A DNA stretch of 63,866 bases, filler included, from Octopus bimaculoides (taxonomy: Eukaryota), in NCBI RefSeq assembly GCF_001194135.2. It is 6 parts of 6 records of this genome, joined end to end, with 100 filler letters (N's around TTAATTAATTAA, not from the genome) between each part and the next. Parts side by side here need not be neighbours in the genome. Positions count along the whole stretch, not along the records: positions 1 to 12,411 come from NC_068986.1; 5 more parts are not named here. One strand, 5' to 3'. The position numbers and the translations under genes were made by a program. The first letter of the stretch is position 1, and each line of letters opens with the position of its first letter. The notes under the pieces were generated by a model. It was not told the DNA's origin and searched no databases. It saw only the letters and a list, made by a program, of their open reading frames with translations. Shown here one piece after another: positions 1-10,850 of this stretch.

Positions 1-14
1 AAAAAATAAAAAAC

Positions 15-378
15 ATTTGCCATCTATCTCGTTGACCATGGTTTCCAACTCTATTTAGCAAATAAAATAATTTGCCAGGCGAAGTTCTCATAAAAAAACA
101 AAAAGAAAACAAATTCTAAAATTTTTCCTACCCTGATATTCATTCTTAAATCGTTTTGGCTAATTTTCTGAAGCAAGTTCGTCATTATTTCATTTGCTGC
201 TGACAAAAAACTGTGCTTGCGCGGTGGATTTGAAAAATTATAATATGTAAGCACGTGGCATGTACTGTTTGCCTCGTATTTATGTGTTAATCTTGGCGCT
301 CCTGCTGATGAGAAATTCGTCTGACAAATTATTTTATTTACTGAATAGAGTTTGAAAGCATGGAGATAGATGATAAAT
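15..378. mobile_element. MITE-like element with about 70-bp imperfect terminal inverted repeats
   Basis: 15-91 is the reverse complement of 308-378 apart from a 6-nt insertion and scattered mismatches. The interior is non-coding. Confidence 0.55.
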
Positions 379-678
379 GGTAAATATTTTTATTTTTCAT
401 TCCCTTCGAAATTACCCCTAATAATGGTTTAGATTTTGACTACTCCTTCTAGCATGTTAGATGTCCTATTATGGCCATCTCTTATGTGCTTAAAGGTAAA
501 CTGTATTTATACGTATATATATATATATAATTTATTCAATAATAGGATAAGATCTTATATGTATACCATTGTGCTTAAATAATGGAACTGCAGATACAAT
601 ATCCGAGAATATCTCACGTCTGTTTTCATTGCTCCACTTCACTCTGTTTCATATTTTCTCTAAAATAACTATTGCATC

Positions 679-726
679 GTCTCCGATGAAAGGTTATATA
701 AAATATCCCGGAAACAGCTGTAAGAC
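679..726 (+). ncRNA. Minimal type I hammerhead-ribozyme-like motif (Penelope-associated type)
   Basis: GTCT-CCGATGA-[imperfect stem II]-GAAA-CAGCTG-TA-AGAC. It has a 4-bp stem I, a palindromic stem III (ACAGCTGT) and a GUA cleavage triplet. Confidence 0.5.
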
Positions 727-907
727 CTCTTTATAAATGTTCTGAAATTTTTCACAGCCTTGGATTTTTATCTCATTCTGNNNNNNNNNNGTATACCTGT
801 AAAATGCACACACGTATCTACTTTCGTTGTACCTCTTTTTCCTTGAAATTGAAAAAAACAGTTACTATTTCGATCCCGTCAAAATAACTTTGTACTTTCA
901 GATCAAT

Positions 908-980
908 ATGACACGACTATTTCCTGCTTGCGTGCTGCTTATGACTCTGATAACAGTTGCTATGACAGGACCTATAACCC
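908..980 (+). CDS. Signal-peptide exon of the small Cys-rich gene
   Basis: Acceptor tactttcag at 901 precedes the ATG at 908, implying an upstream non-coding exon. Encodes MTRLFPACVLLMTLITVAMTGPIT, then C|gtaagt. Confidence 0.75.
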
Positions 981-1161
981 GTAAGTTACCGATCATATAT
1001 CAAAATAGTGAATAATTATATTTTGAAAATTGCTTGATCACCAATTCTTTTCCTCTATTCAGCTAATCAGTCTTTTCATACTTTGATTGCGTTACAATTG
1101 CCGGTATATGATTTCCATTGCCACGAATTGACAATTCGTATACACGTGTATGTAAATATGA

Positions 1162-1217
<56 letters not shown>

Positions 1218-1544
1218 NNNNNNNNNNNNNNNNNNNNNNNNNNNNNNNNNNNNNNNNNNNNNNNNNNNNNNNNNNNNNNNNNNNNNNNNNNNNNNNNNNN
1301 NNNNNNNNNNNNNNNNNNNNNNNNNNNNNNNNNNNNNNNNNNNNNNNNNNNNNNNNNNNNNNNNNNNNNNNNNNNNNNNNNNNNNNNNNNNNNNNNNNNN
1401 NNNNNNNNNNNNNNNNNNNNNNNNNNNNNNNNNNNNNNNNNNNNNNNNNNNNNNNNNNNNNNNNNNNNNNNNNNNNNNNNNNNNNNNNNNNNNNNNNNNN
1501 NNNNNNNNNNNNNNNNNNNNNNNNNNNNNNNNNNNNNNNNNNNN

Positions 1545-1587
<43 letters not shown>

Positions 1588-4500
1588 TATATGGTCAGTG
1601 TTTTATGACACTGACACCAGACGTGTTATAAAACATTGTTTGGCATGTTTTCAGCACACGAAACCAATAGTAGCACATAAAAAAACGTATATTGTAAAGA
1701 AGACTGAGTGTACCAGAATGTAGTTTATTATCACAACAATTGCTTTGCTTTCATGATGCACTGCTCCCTACGGAAGTGAGAATGTCTGTATGTATGTGAG
1801 TAATTGGATGTCTGTGCCCCCTACGATATGTGTATGTGTGTATGTACCTACGTATGTATGTGTATACGTATACGCGTGTGCAGTTGGCGTGTGCACATGA
1901 ATAAACTCATGAACGTGTAAATGTGGCTCTCTGTGTGTCTGTTCAAACGTGCACAGCCACAAGTTCAAATGGCCTAAATCTGACCAAGCCGTCACGCTTG
2001 GCTGTCATAGCCACCACAAATCAAAAACTTACACTCCCTCAGCCACCCGGATCGATCTTCCTTGACAGTTCTTGTTGCCTCTATCGGGACATTATCCGTA
2101 CCCATCCCGATTACGCATCCCAAAAGCCACCCAATATCTAGTCCTGGTGGGATTCTATGAATGCAGACACGGACTGTACGTTTCCCCATGTGGGAGACGT
2201 ACATGATGACTTTGCTGGTTTTGCAAGAGGTCATTGAATATTTCATAGCGAGAGCTTCTGACATAAAAAGCACCGATATGGTGCCGTATTGTTTTCCCCT
2301 CGCTAAGTATTCGATATCATTTCTGATGCACCTCAGCCCCGCCTCAATATCTACTTGGGCTATCAAAGCCGCTCTTTTCATGCCTGCTGCGATGCATCTA
2401 AAGAGCACCGTTCTTCTATCCGCTGCTTTAATATCCCCTGATGGGATCGTCATATTTGCCCAATTCTTCTCTTGTTTTATTCATTTCCATAGCTGTGGTA
2501 GCATCTGCCACCTGTTTGTGAGGACTACGTTAAATGGGTGTTTGGTCTTCGCTGCTGCTGCGAAACTATTTTTGTTATTGTTATTAGTATTATGTTGTTC
2601 TTGCTTAGTCCATATAGAACCCCCAAAAACTCGACCTTCATCAGCTTCAGAGACTAAACTTTCACGTTTTATACAGTCATTAATTTCTTGATACTTGATA
2701 CTTATTTGTTTTATCAAAACAGGACTGAGAAAAGAGATAAATGATCCGACTGAATTTCATATATGAATTAGAAAGAAGCAAAGGATATGATTTCAGTTGG
2801 ATATTATTGGAACCATTTTTACCTTCTTCTAGTTTATAATAAAACTACTTTAGAAAATATCCTCTGTAAAAAACAGCTGGGTAGATATTATTATAATACA
2901 TGTCTTTTTATTTAGAGTGTAGAGGATGTTACCACCAGAACAGATGCCGTTTTCAGGAAGAATCATGGTTGGAAAAGTTGCCCCGGAAGTGTTCTCGGAA
3001 AGAGTGCAAACTTATTAACGGTCAATGGAAAGCAGTTGAAATAAACGAGTGTAAGTTGGTAAAGAAAACTTCTCTAAAACCTCTATTCACTACGTGTATT
3101 TGCTTTGCTTTGTTTTGAATGCGATAAGCTTTGTTCAGTAAGTCTTACTTATTGACCAACGTTAACTGTGAGGCTGATGTACCCCAACACACAGACGATT
3201 ATATCTAACCCAGTAAACGGCGGATCTTTAGTTTATTGAACTGAACTGACGAAAGCAAATATCCAACAGATCTCAGCGCTTAAAGAAATGTGTCTAAGTC
3301 CTGAAAAACCTTTTGGCAGGCGCACTTACGATTCTGGTTGGCTGGTAGAATCGTTAGCACGTCGAACAAAATGCTTAGTGGCTTTTCTTCCGGATCTTTA
3401 CATTCTGAACTTATATCCCACTAAATTCAACTTCACTTTTCATCCCGTCAAGGTGGAAAATGAAGGTAGCAGTTAAGTATCAGAATCAATGAAATTTACT
3501 GGTTGACTTCCATCGGAAATTGCTCGCATGGAAGCCTGTAACGGATAGACCGTCCTTTCACGGGGATCTTGGTCATTTAAATGCCATGGAAAATAGGTAA
3601 CTGATGTTATGAATCCTGGGGCTCAAGACAAATAGAATAAATGATTTTCATATTTCAATATTTAACTTGAATTATAAGTTACCTGGCAGGTATGTTTCAA
3701 TGAATGAGCTTTTGTGAGTATTTTAGAACTACATATCTGTATGTATCATCAGTTGACATCAGTATGAGGTTCGGCTGAAAAGTTCATAGGCTGAGTAAGT
3801 TATTCTGAATGTGACCACATAAAGTTGGTTTTTCAATATAGTTCCCTTTGCAGTTAACACACTTATTCCATCGCTGTTGCAGTCTTTCGATCCCATTCTT
3901 GAAAACGTTGTTATCCTTTGGGATACGATATAATGTCCCGATAGAGGCTACAAGAACTGCCAGGGAGGATTGATTCGGAGTTGACCTGGAAATACTACTC
4001 CACATCACACACGAAAACATAAAAAATCGCAGACCATACCCATCTCCAGAACGGGACTGTGATACATATCATGAATGAGGGCAAACCTCAAACATCACCA
4101 GCACTGGCGAAAACACCAAAGACATTAACCACACTTGGTGGAAATAAGGAAAGCTCTCCCACCCCTCATACCAAACAAAAATACACATTAAAAAAAACCA
4201 TCAACAATACACATGACTTACGTAACAACATCCGTGTTCTCATCAGCATAGACGTTCTAGAATCAATATAATTTGCAGAAATATACACGAATTGTCTTCA
4301 TGAAACAAGACCTGCATATAGTTCTACCGATTACATTGGGGCTATTTTTCAAAATGCCTCAGCTCCGGCGTGCAGCATTCCGGAAACAATTCTGCAGAGA
4401 ATAATTAACTGCAGTACATGTTGCCGGTTGGAGAACATAACAGTTTAAATTATTATTTAAATTAATAGGGTGATAAATTGAATATTAATTCAATTTAAAA

Positions 4501-5157
4501 CCAAGTGGCCTAGCATATAAAAAATCTGAAAATTCATAAAAAATTGTATTAGACGTGTATAAAGGATGACCACTAGGTGGACATCCAATATGCTACAAAG
4601 AGGTCATCAATGACCCAACCAAGGATGTTGTTACGTAAGTAAAACGTTAATGTTCGAAACTGCAGTCCATAGATAATTCTTTATTCTGCATATTTCTCAT
4701 TTTGTGCTGTTCTGGCGTTTTGCGAAATTTTTGTGGAGAACATTATTTTTCTTTGTGGTATATATATATATATATNNNNNNNNNNNNNNNNNNNNNNNNN
4801 NNNNNNNNNNNNNNNNNNNNNNNNNNNNNNNNNNNNNNNNNNNNNNNNNNNNNNNNNNNNNNNNNNNNNNNNNNNNNNNNNNNNNNNNNNNNNNNNNNNN
4901 NNNNNNNNNNNNNNNNNNNNNNNNNNNNNNNNNNNNNNNNNNNNNNNNNNNNNNNNNNNNNNNNNNNNNNNNNNNNNNNNNNNNNNNNNNNNNNNNNNNN
5001 NNNNNNNNNNNNNNNNNNNNNNNNNNNNNNNNNNNNNNNNNNNNNNNNNNNNNNNNNNNNNNNNNNNNNNNNNNNNNNNNNNNNNNNNNNNNNNNNNNNN
5101 NNNNNNNNNNNNNNNNNNNNNNNNNNNNNNNNNNNNNNNNNNNNNNNNNNNNNNNNN

Positions 5158-5196
<39 letters not shown>

Positions 5197-5378
5197 CATA
5201 TGTATGTCTGAATTTGATCGTTTTCTTATCAACAGATTGTCGGTTGAATAAAGGCGCATGTTCTACCGCAAACATATCTTTTGTGTCCATCATTGACAGT
5301 GTCTGTTGGAATAACACCTGCGTAAAGACGGGAGATTCAAGCCCTATAACCATGATAAGATATGCCGTATTATGTTAA
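908..5378 (+). CDS. Small secreted cysteine-rich protein, 116 aa, spliced from 908-980, 2916-3050 and 5236-5378
   Basis: Joined translation: MTRLFPACVLLMTLITVAMTGPITQCRGCYHQNRCRFQEESWLEKLPRKCSRKECKLINGQWKAVEINEYCRLNKGACSTANISFVSIIDSVCWNNTCVKTGDSSPITMIRYAVLC*. All introns are phase 1 with gtaagt donors and pyrimidine-rich AG acceptors. It has a hydrophobic N-terminus, 10 mature Cys and an internal repeat. Confidence 0.75.
1992..2453 (-). mobile_element. LINE ORF1-like fragment (probably L1/Tx1 clade) in intron 1 of the small gene
   Basis: 153-aa ORF containing GKRTVRVCIHRIPPGLDIGWLLGCV, which resembles RRM-type LINE ORF1 segments. Recognised by pattern only. Confidence 0.45.
2916..3050 (+). 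CDS. Cys module 1 exon of the small Cys-rich gene
   Basis: ttttatttag|AG TGT ... GAG T|gtaagt, 135 nt, symmetric phase 1, five Cys. Confidence 0.8.
3763..4030 (-). mobile_element. mariner transposon 3' relic
   Basis: KNGIERLQQRWNKCVNCKGNYIEK matches the mariner transposase C-terminus. A TIR-like TATGAGGTTCGGCTGAAAAGTT follows at 3763. Confidence 0.85.
5236..5378 (+). CDS. Cys module 2 exon of the small Cys-rich gene
   Basis: ttttcttatcaacag|AT TGT. Cys spacing matches module 1. TAA at 5376-5378 is followed 5 nt later by a gtgagt donor. Confidence 0.7.
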
Positions 5379-5649
5379 CGACTGTGAGTATATATTTTAA
5401 GCTTTTTGATTTAACCCATATAGTATATTTTCTCCATATTATAGTTGCGCTGTCTTTGAAATTTTCCCTCTTCAGTTCTAAATTTTACTCCAGTTAGCTC
5501 TAATTTAGATGTGAAAATACAAATCTTGCGGTCATCTTCAATGGTATACCTGAACATGTGGACAAATATATTTACCTAATTTTAAATGTGGTTCATATTC
5601 CATCGGTTTCTTTTGTGGGATACTGAATACACGGACAAAATATAGAATG

Positions 5650-5655
5650 AATAAA
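5650..5655 (+). terminator. Candidate polyadenylation signal for the small Cys-rich gene
   Basis: AATAAA about 270 nt downstream of the stop codon, in AT-rich sequence where chance hits are common. Confidence 0.3.
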
Positions 5656-5880
5656 AACGCAAACACATTATATGTATTATTATACATTTATTCTTTTACT
5701 TGTTTTACTAATTTAACTGCGGCGATGCTGGAGCACCGCATTAAAAGTTTGTAGTCGAAGAAATCCTCTAAGCACTTATTATTTGTAAGCCTAATATTCA
5801 TTCTACTTATCTCTTTTGGCGAACCACTAATTTACGTGGCCATAAACACACCAATATCTGTTGTCAAGTGATGGGGGCAT

Positions 5881-5922
<42 letters not shown>

Positions 5923-6884
5923 NNNNNNNNNNNNNNNNNNNNNNNNNNNNNNNNNNNNNNNNNNNNNNNNNNNNNNNNNNNNNNNNNNNNNNNNNNNNNN
6001 NNNNNNNNNNNNNNNNNNNNNNNNNNNNNNNNNNNNNNNNNNNNNNNNNNNNNNNNNNNNNNNNNNNNNNNNNNNNNNNNNNNNNNNNNNNNNNNNNNNN
6101 NNNNNNNNNNNNNNNNNNNNNNNNNNNNNNNNNNNNNNNNNNNNNNNNNNNNNNNNNNNNNNNNNNNNNNNNNNNNNNNNNNNNNNNNNNNNNNNNNNNN
6201 NNNNNNNNNNNNNNNNNNNNNNNNNNNNNNNNNNNNNNNNNNNNNNNNNNNNNNNNNNNNNNNNNNNNNNNNNNNNNNNNNNNNNNNNNNNNNNNNNNNN
6301 NNNNNNNNNNNNNNNNNNNNNNNNNNNNNNNNNNNNNNNNNNNNNNNNNNNNNNNNNNNNNNNNNNNNNNNNNNNNNNNNNNNNNNNNNNNNNNNNNNNN
6401 NNNNNNNNNNNNNNNNNNNNNNNNNNNNNNNNNNNNNNNNNNNNNNNNNNNNNNNNNNNNNNNNNNNNNNNNNNNNNNNNNNNNNNNNNNNNNNNNNNNN
6501 NNNNNNNNNNNNNNNNNNNNNNNNNNNNNNNNNNNNNNNATATATATATATATATACATAGGTAAATGTCGAACAATGAAATGATTGCTCAACATTACAT
6601 TGGTGGATAATTTCTATATTTGTAAATTAAGCCTACCATTGGTTTCATGTTAAGAAAAGTGGGAAATATCCTAGTGTCTTAAACATTTAAAGCTAATCAC
6701 ATGGAGAAATGTGTTTGCCTCTATTTTGGAAAACAGTCTGGATTAGTTCGCGGGATTTCTCGTAAATTCGCGTAAATAAAACAACGAATCAATGAATCAA
6801 GAACCATTGCTCTTGAGTGGCATCTTTTGAATGTATGCCTCCCTTTGATTAGTCTTACTAAGTTTTTGCATCATCTTTCATTAT

Positions 6885-7455
6885 TTTGTTTTTGTTCTGC
6901 CCATGGATTTTTGTACTTGTATTTTGAGGTAGTTCGTCATTGGGGCATATTTCGTCTTTGTGTGAAGATTGTGTACTATGTGTTCACCTCTAGGAAAGGG
7001 GCTATCTTGGGAGAGTTACCCTCGTTTATAGAGAGTCTTCTTTGGAATATTTGAGTGTAACATATTGCTTGCGTATGCAGGGAAAGAAGGTTTCACCCTA
7101 AGTTTTAAGATGTTATCTGTTGATTGTATAATGCTTAATTTTTCAACAAAGCACTTTTCATACTTGCTACTCCATCCTCTGTATTTTTTGGCTTCAGCAA
7201 TAATTTTCCATTCTACTGCAGGTTTCATATTCTACCTTCTTTCAATGTCCATATCATATTTGAGACAGATGTCACATTGTTTTTGTTTTTGCCTCTGAAT
7301 GACGAAGTATGTTGTGCACTCCGTTTCTCGAACGAGTTGCCTGTCATTCCCATAAACGTCTTGGTTATTCCGTTGGGGATCGTCTTCTTGACCTTGTATA
7401 CAAGTTCTTCCTCGAGATAGTTGTTGTTTAGAGGGCAGCTGTTCGGGGATCCGCA
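6885..7455 (-). mobile_element. Penelope-like element, GIY-YIG endonuclease/3' region (inverted copy)
   Basis: VEWKIIAEAKKYRG...CFVEKLSII. It is the reverse complement homologue of 8553-9125. Confidence 0.8.
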
Positions 7456-7539
7456 ATTATATTATCTTTCTGGGATGTTTCTGGTGAGCTTATGTTTACT
7501 CTGTTTGGGTGATATTCACTTTATATTGGAAACCGAAAT

Positions 7540-9125
7540 GCAAATTTCTGCAATTCGATATAGTAGAGTTCTACACTTCGAACTCAAAAAGCTTGCTTCA
7601 GAAGACATTTGAATTTGGCAAAACATATGTCATTATAACAAATACCGATATAGACATAATTATGAACGCAAGAAAGCCATTACTTCTTCATGATAATTCC
7701 TACTGGGTAAAAAGAATGGAGACAGGGTATTTGACGTGGCAATGGGGAAATAAAACGGTGCAGATATAGCTGACCACGTGGGACTTTATATCCTAGATAC
7801 CCTGAAAAAAAAAAAGAAATAAAAGAAGCTAACATAAGTTTATATAGGGACGATAGCCTGGGAGTAATACACAATAAAAATGGGCATGATATATATAGAA
7901 TAAGGTAAACATTATGCAGAACATTTAGCCAATTAGGCCTAAGAATCACAATCAGTACAAACCTTATAAAAGTCAACTTCCTAGACATTAACATAAATTT
8001 TAACACAGGAAAATTTAAACCCTACCACAAACAAAACGTGGAAGCCTTGTACATAGACACAGGTTCCAACCAGCCACCAACAGTATTTAAATAAAATGGT
8101 TATCAGCATTAGCAGGCTTATCTCCAATTTATCCGTCGACAAAAACACTTTTGAAAAAGCCGGCTCATATTATAATATTTCATTAGAACTGTCCACCTTC
8201 AAGAATAGCATACACTACATTGAACCAAATATAAATTGACCAAAAAAAAAACGCGGACAGACGAAAATCTTATGGTTCAATCAACCTTATAGCATGAATG
8301 TAGGCACTAAAATAGCGCGAAGATTCTTAAAAGTAATAAACAACCACTTTCCACATTTTACCCAGAAAGACAATGCAACCTCAGATCCACCGAAGCGCTG
8401 ATCTCTAAGCAACAACAGTCTCGAGAAAGAACTAGTATACAAGACGAAGATCACGGACCCAACGGAATACGTATATCGGAATGATACACAACATGTTCAA
8501 GGAAAGGTATACACAACATCTTGCGTCATTCAGGAGCAGAAACGAAAAGAATGCGGATCCGCCAAAGCGCTGCTCTCTAAGCAAAAACTTCTCGAGAAAG
8601 AACTCGTTTACAAGATGAAGATCACGGAGCCAACGGTATACAAAAGACGTATATCGGACTGATTGACAACACGTTCAAGGAAAGTTATACGCAACATGTT
8701 GTGTCATTCAGGGACAAAAACAAAAAAAGACATGCGATATCCCTATCAAATATGATATGGACATTGATAGAAGGTGGAATAAGCAACCCGCAGTAGAATG
8801 GAAAATTATTGCTGATGCCAAAAAATACAGAGTAAGCGGTAATAAATGTGAACTTTGTTTTACTGAAAAAAGTAAATATAATACAATTAACAAATAACAT
8901 CTTAAATGTTACGGATGAAACCTTCTCTCCTGCATATATAAGCAATATTTTACACTCAAATATTCCAAAGAAGATCCCTATGAACGAGGGGATCCCTCCC
9001 AGGATAGCCCGTTTCCTAAAGGTGAACACACATAACACACAAACGTCACACAAAGACGAAATATGCTCTAATGACGAACTACCTCAACATACAAGTACAA
9101 GTAATCATGGCCAGAACAAAATGAA
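7540..9125 (+). mobile_element. Penelope-like retroelement relic (RT + GIY-YIG)
   Basis: Frameshifted translation gives FLQFDIVEFY, FDVAMG, VNFLDI, KPYHK, ILWFNQPYS, YVYIG...FKERYTQH and CELCFTEK. The GIY-YIG start is duplicated internally over about 175 bp (about 8385-8555). Confidence 0.9.
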
Positions 9126-9139
9126 TGTCGAGAAGTTGA

Positions 9140-10398
9140 GTTGAATTTGGATAATTCAGTTAGTGTATGTACAGATGGTGCTACTTCCATGATTGGAAAA
9201 CATGAAGGATTTATTGCCCAGATAAAAAGATTATCTGATCCAGATGTTCTCATTCCTTTTCATTGTATATTACACCAGCAAAATCCTTTGTGTTGAATCG
9301 GCAATTTTAAGCGATGCTCTGCAGAAAATGATAAATATATTTAACTGTATTCGTGCCAATGCAACTAGACATCGTTAGTTTTGTAACATGCAATGATTGG
9401 AAAATTAGGTATTGAGTGTCGATTTGATGTGTCATTCTAAAGTGCGTTACTTATCGCAAGCACAGGTGTGAGAAATGTTTTAACTTTAACCTGGCAGATA
9501 ATAGAATTTTATGAAGAACGGAATGAACAATGTGAATTATTAGATGAATATTTCAATAGAAATATTGCTTTTCTTTGTGATATCATGACAAACAAAATAA
9601 CCTGAATATTTATTGGTAGCGTAAAAGAAAATCAGTTTATGACATGTGGCAAAAAATTGAAGCATTTCTTTTTGAAAGATTCTCTCGTTTAAAATGAAAT
9701 TTCAACTGTACACTTTCCCCAGTTAGCTAAAGTCATTTATGACCATGAGGATTCGTATGAATCCCTTGATGAATATGCAGGTATTCTGAATTTATTAAGT
9801 GAAGAATACTGTGAAAGGATCACTGATTTGAGAAACTTGATATTTTTCTGAAACTAGCGTTTCAAACACATCTAGTAGATGCTTACAAGGCTCCTAAAGA
9901 GTCGCAGATGGAATTAATCGAGCTCCCAGAAGATGGCATTTTAACTTCGTTATTTAACGCTAAAATGATTTATTTGAAGTACGGGAAAATGCAGTAGGAT
10001 AGCCACAACTTTGTCATCATGTATGAAGATTGTTTTTGAAGACATATTCTTGCAAAATTATGTTTTCATACTTAAACAAAATCAAGGCTTCCTTAAGGTT
10101 GAAAATTATGGACGCCCATCTAGAGGATCAGCTTAAACTGCAAACCTCGATGCTACAACCAATCGTTGAAATGCTTTCAAATAAAAAAACAGCAACAGCT
10201 TAGTTACTGAAATGTGAGTTACGTTTATAATTAAATATTTAAAAAATATTCTCAAATTAGTCATTCCTCTTTAGTTCTGTGATTTATTACAAAATGTCAT
10301 GGATTTTAAAGATAATAATGAGTTTTTGTTGTGGCCTTGTTAGATTACGATTAAACCTAATGCGGCATCAAGACATAAAGAGATTCCTCACCTCTGAC
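9140..10398 (+). mobile_element. hAT (SPIN/Charlie-type, GTF2IRD2-like) transposase relic
   Basis: SVCTDGATSMIGKHEGFIAQIK...FHCILHQQ (TDGA-x-x-M-x-G and HC-x-x-HQ motifs), with many stops downstream and a hAT-like subterminal end. Confidence 0.85.
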
Positions 10399-10499
10399 GT
10401 AACCACTAGATTAATTAGCCCACCCAAATAGGACTCAGATTTGTTAACGTCTGTTTATCGTCTACTTTCTCATTTTCATTCATTTGTGACTTTACTTTT

Positions 10500-10850
10500 T
10501 GCTCGCAAAGGCTCCTAAGAAAATTCATAGTGAAAGTGCTAAGCGTCATGCTATAACGTTGGAAGACAAAATGGCTGTGATAAAACGGCATGAAAAAGGT
10601 GAATAAGTGGTAGCAATTACACGACCTTTTGGGACGAGTCGGACAACTCTATTAACGATTGTACATAATAAGGACGATATTTTAGCATACATGGATTTTA
10701 TTATCCATGTATTATCGAAAATGCATTCATAAATAAATTACAGAACTCGGAATGGTTATTATTGGTTTAACCTAGAGACAAGTTAATTCGACTTAAGTCA
10801 TGTCTCCTGGAACCAATGAACGCCTTAAAGTGAGGCATGCCTGTATATGT
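10500..10850 (+). mobile_element. Tigger/pogo transposase N-terminal HTH relic
   Basis: KRHAITLEDKMAVIKRHEKGE*VVAITRPFGTSRTTLLTIVHNKD is a CENP-B/psq-type HTH with an internal stop. Confidence 0.8.

Noticed and set aside
695-703. TATATAAAA as the promoter of the small gene
   Set aside because: It falls within the loop of a repeat-derived ribozyme-like motif in very AT-rich DNA, and the spacing to the following GTAAGA leaves no room for a first exon.
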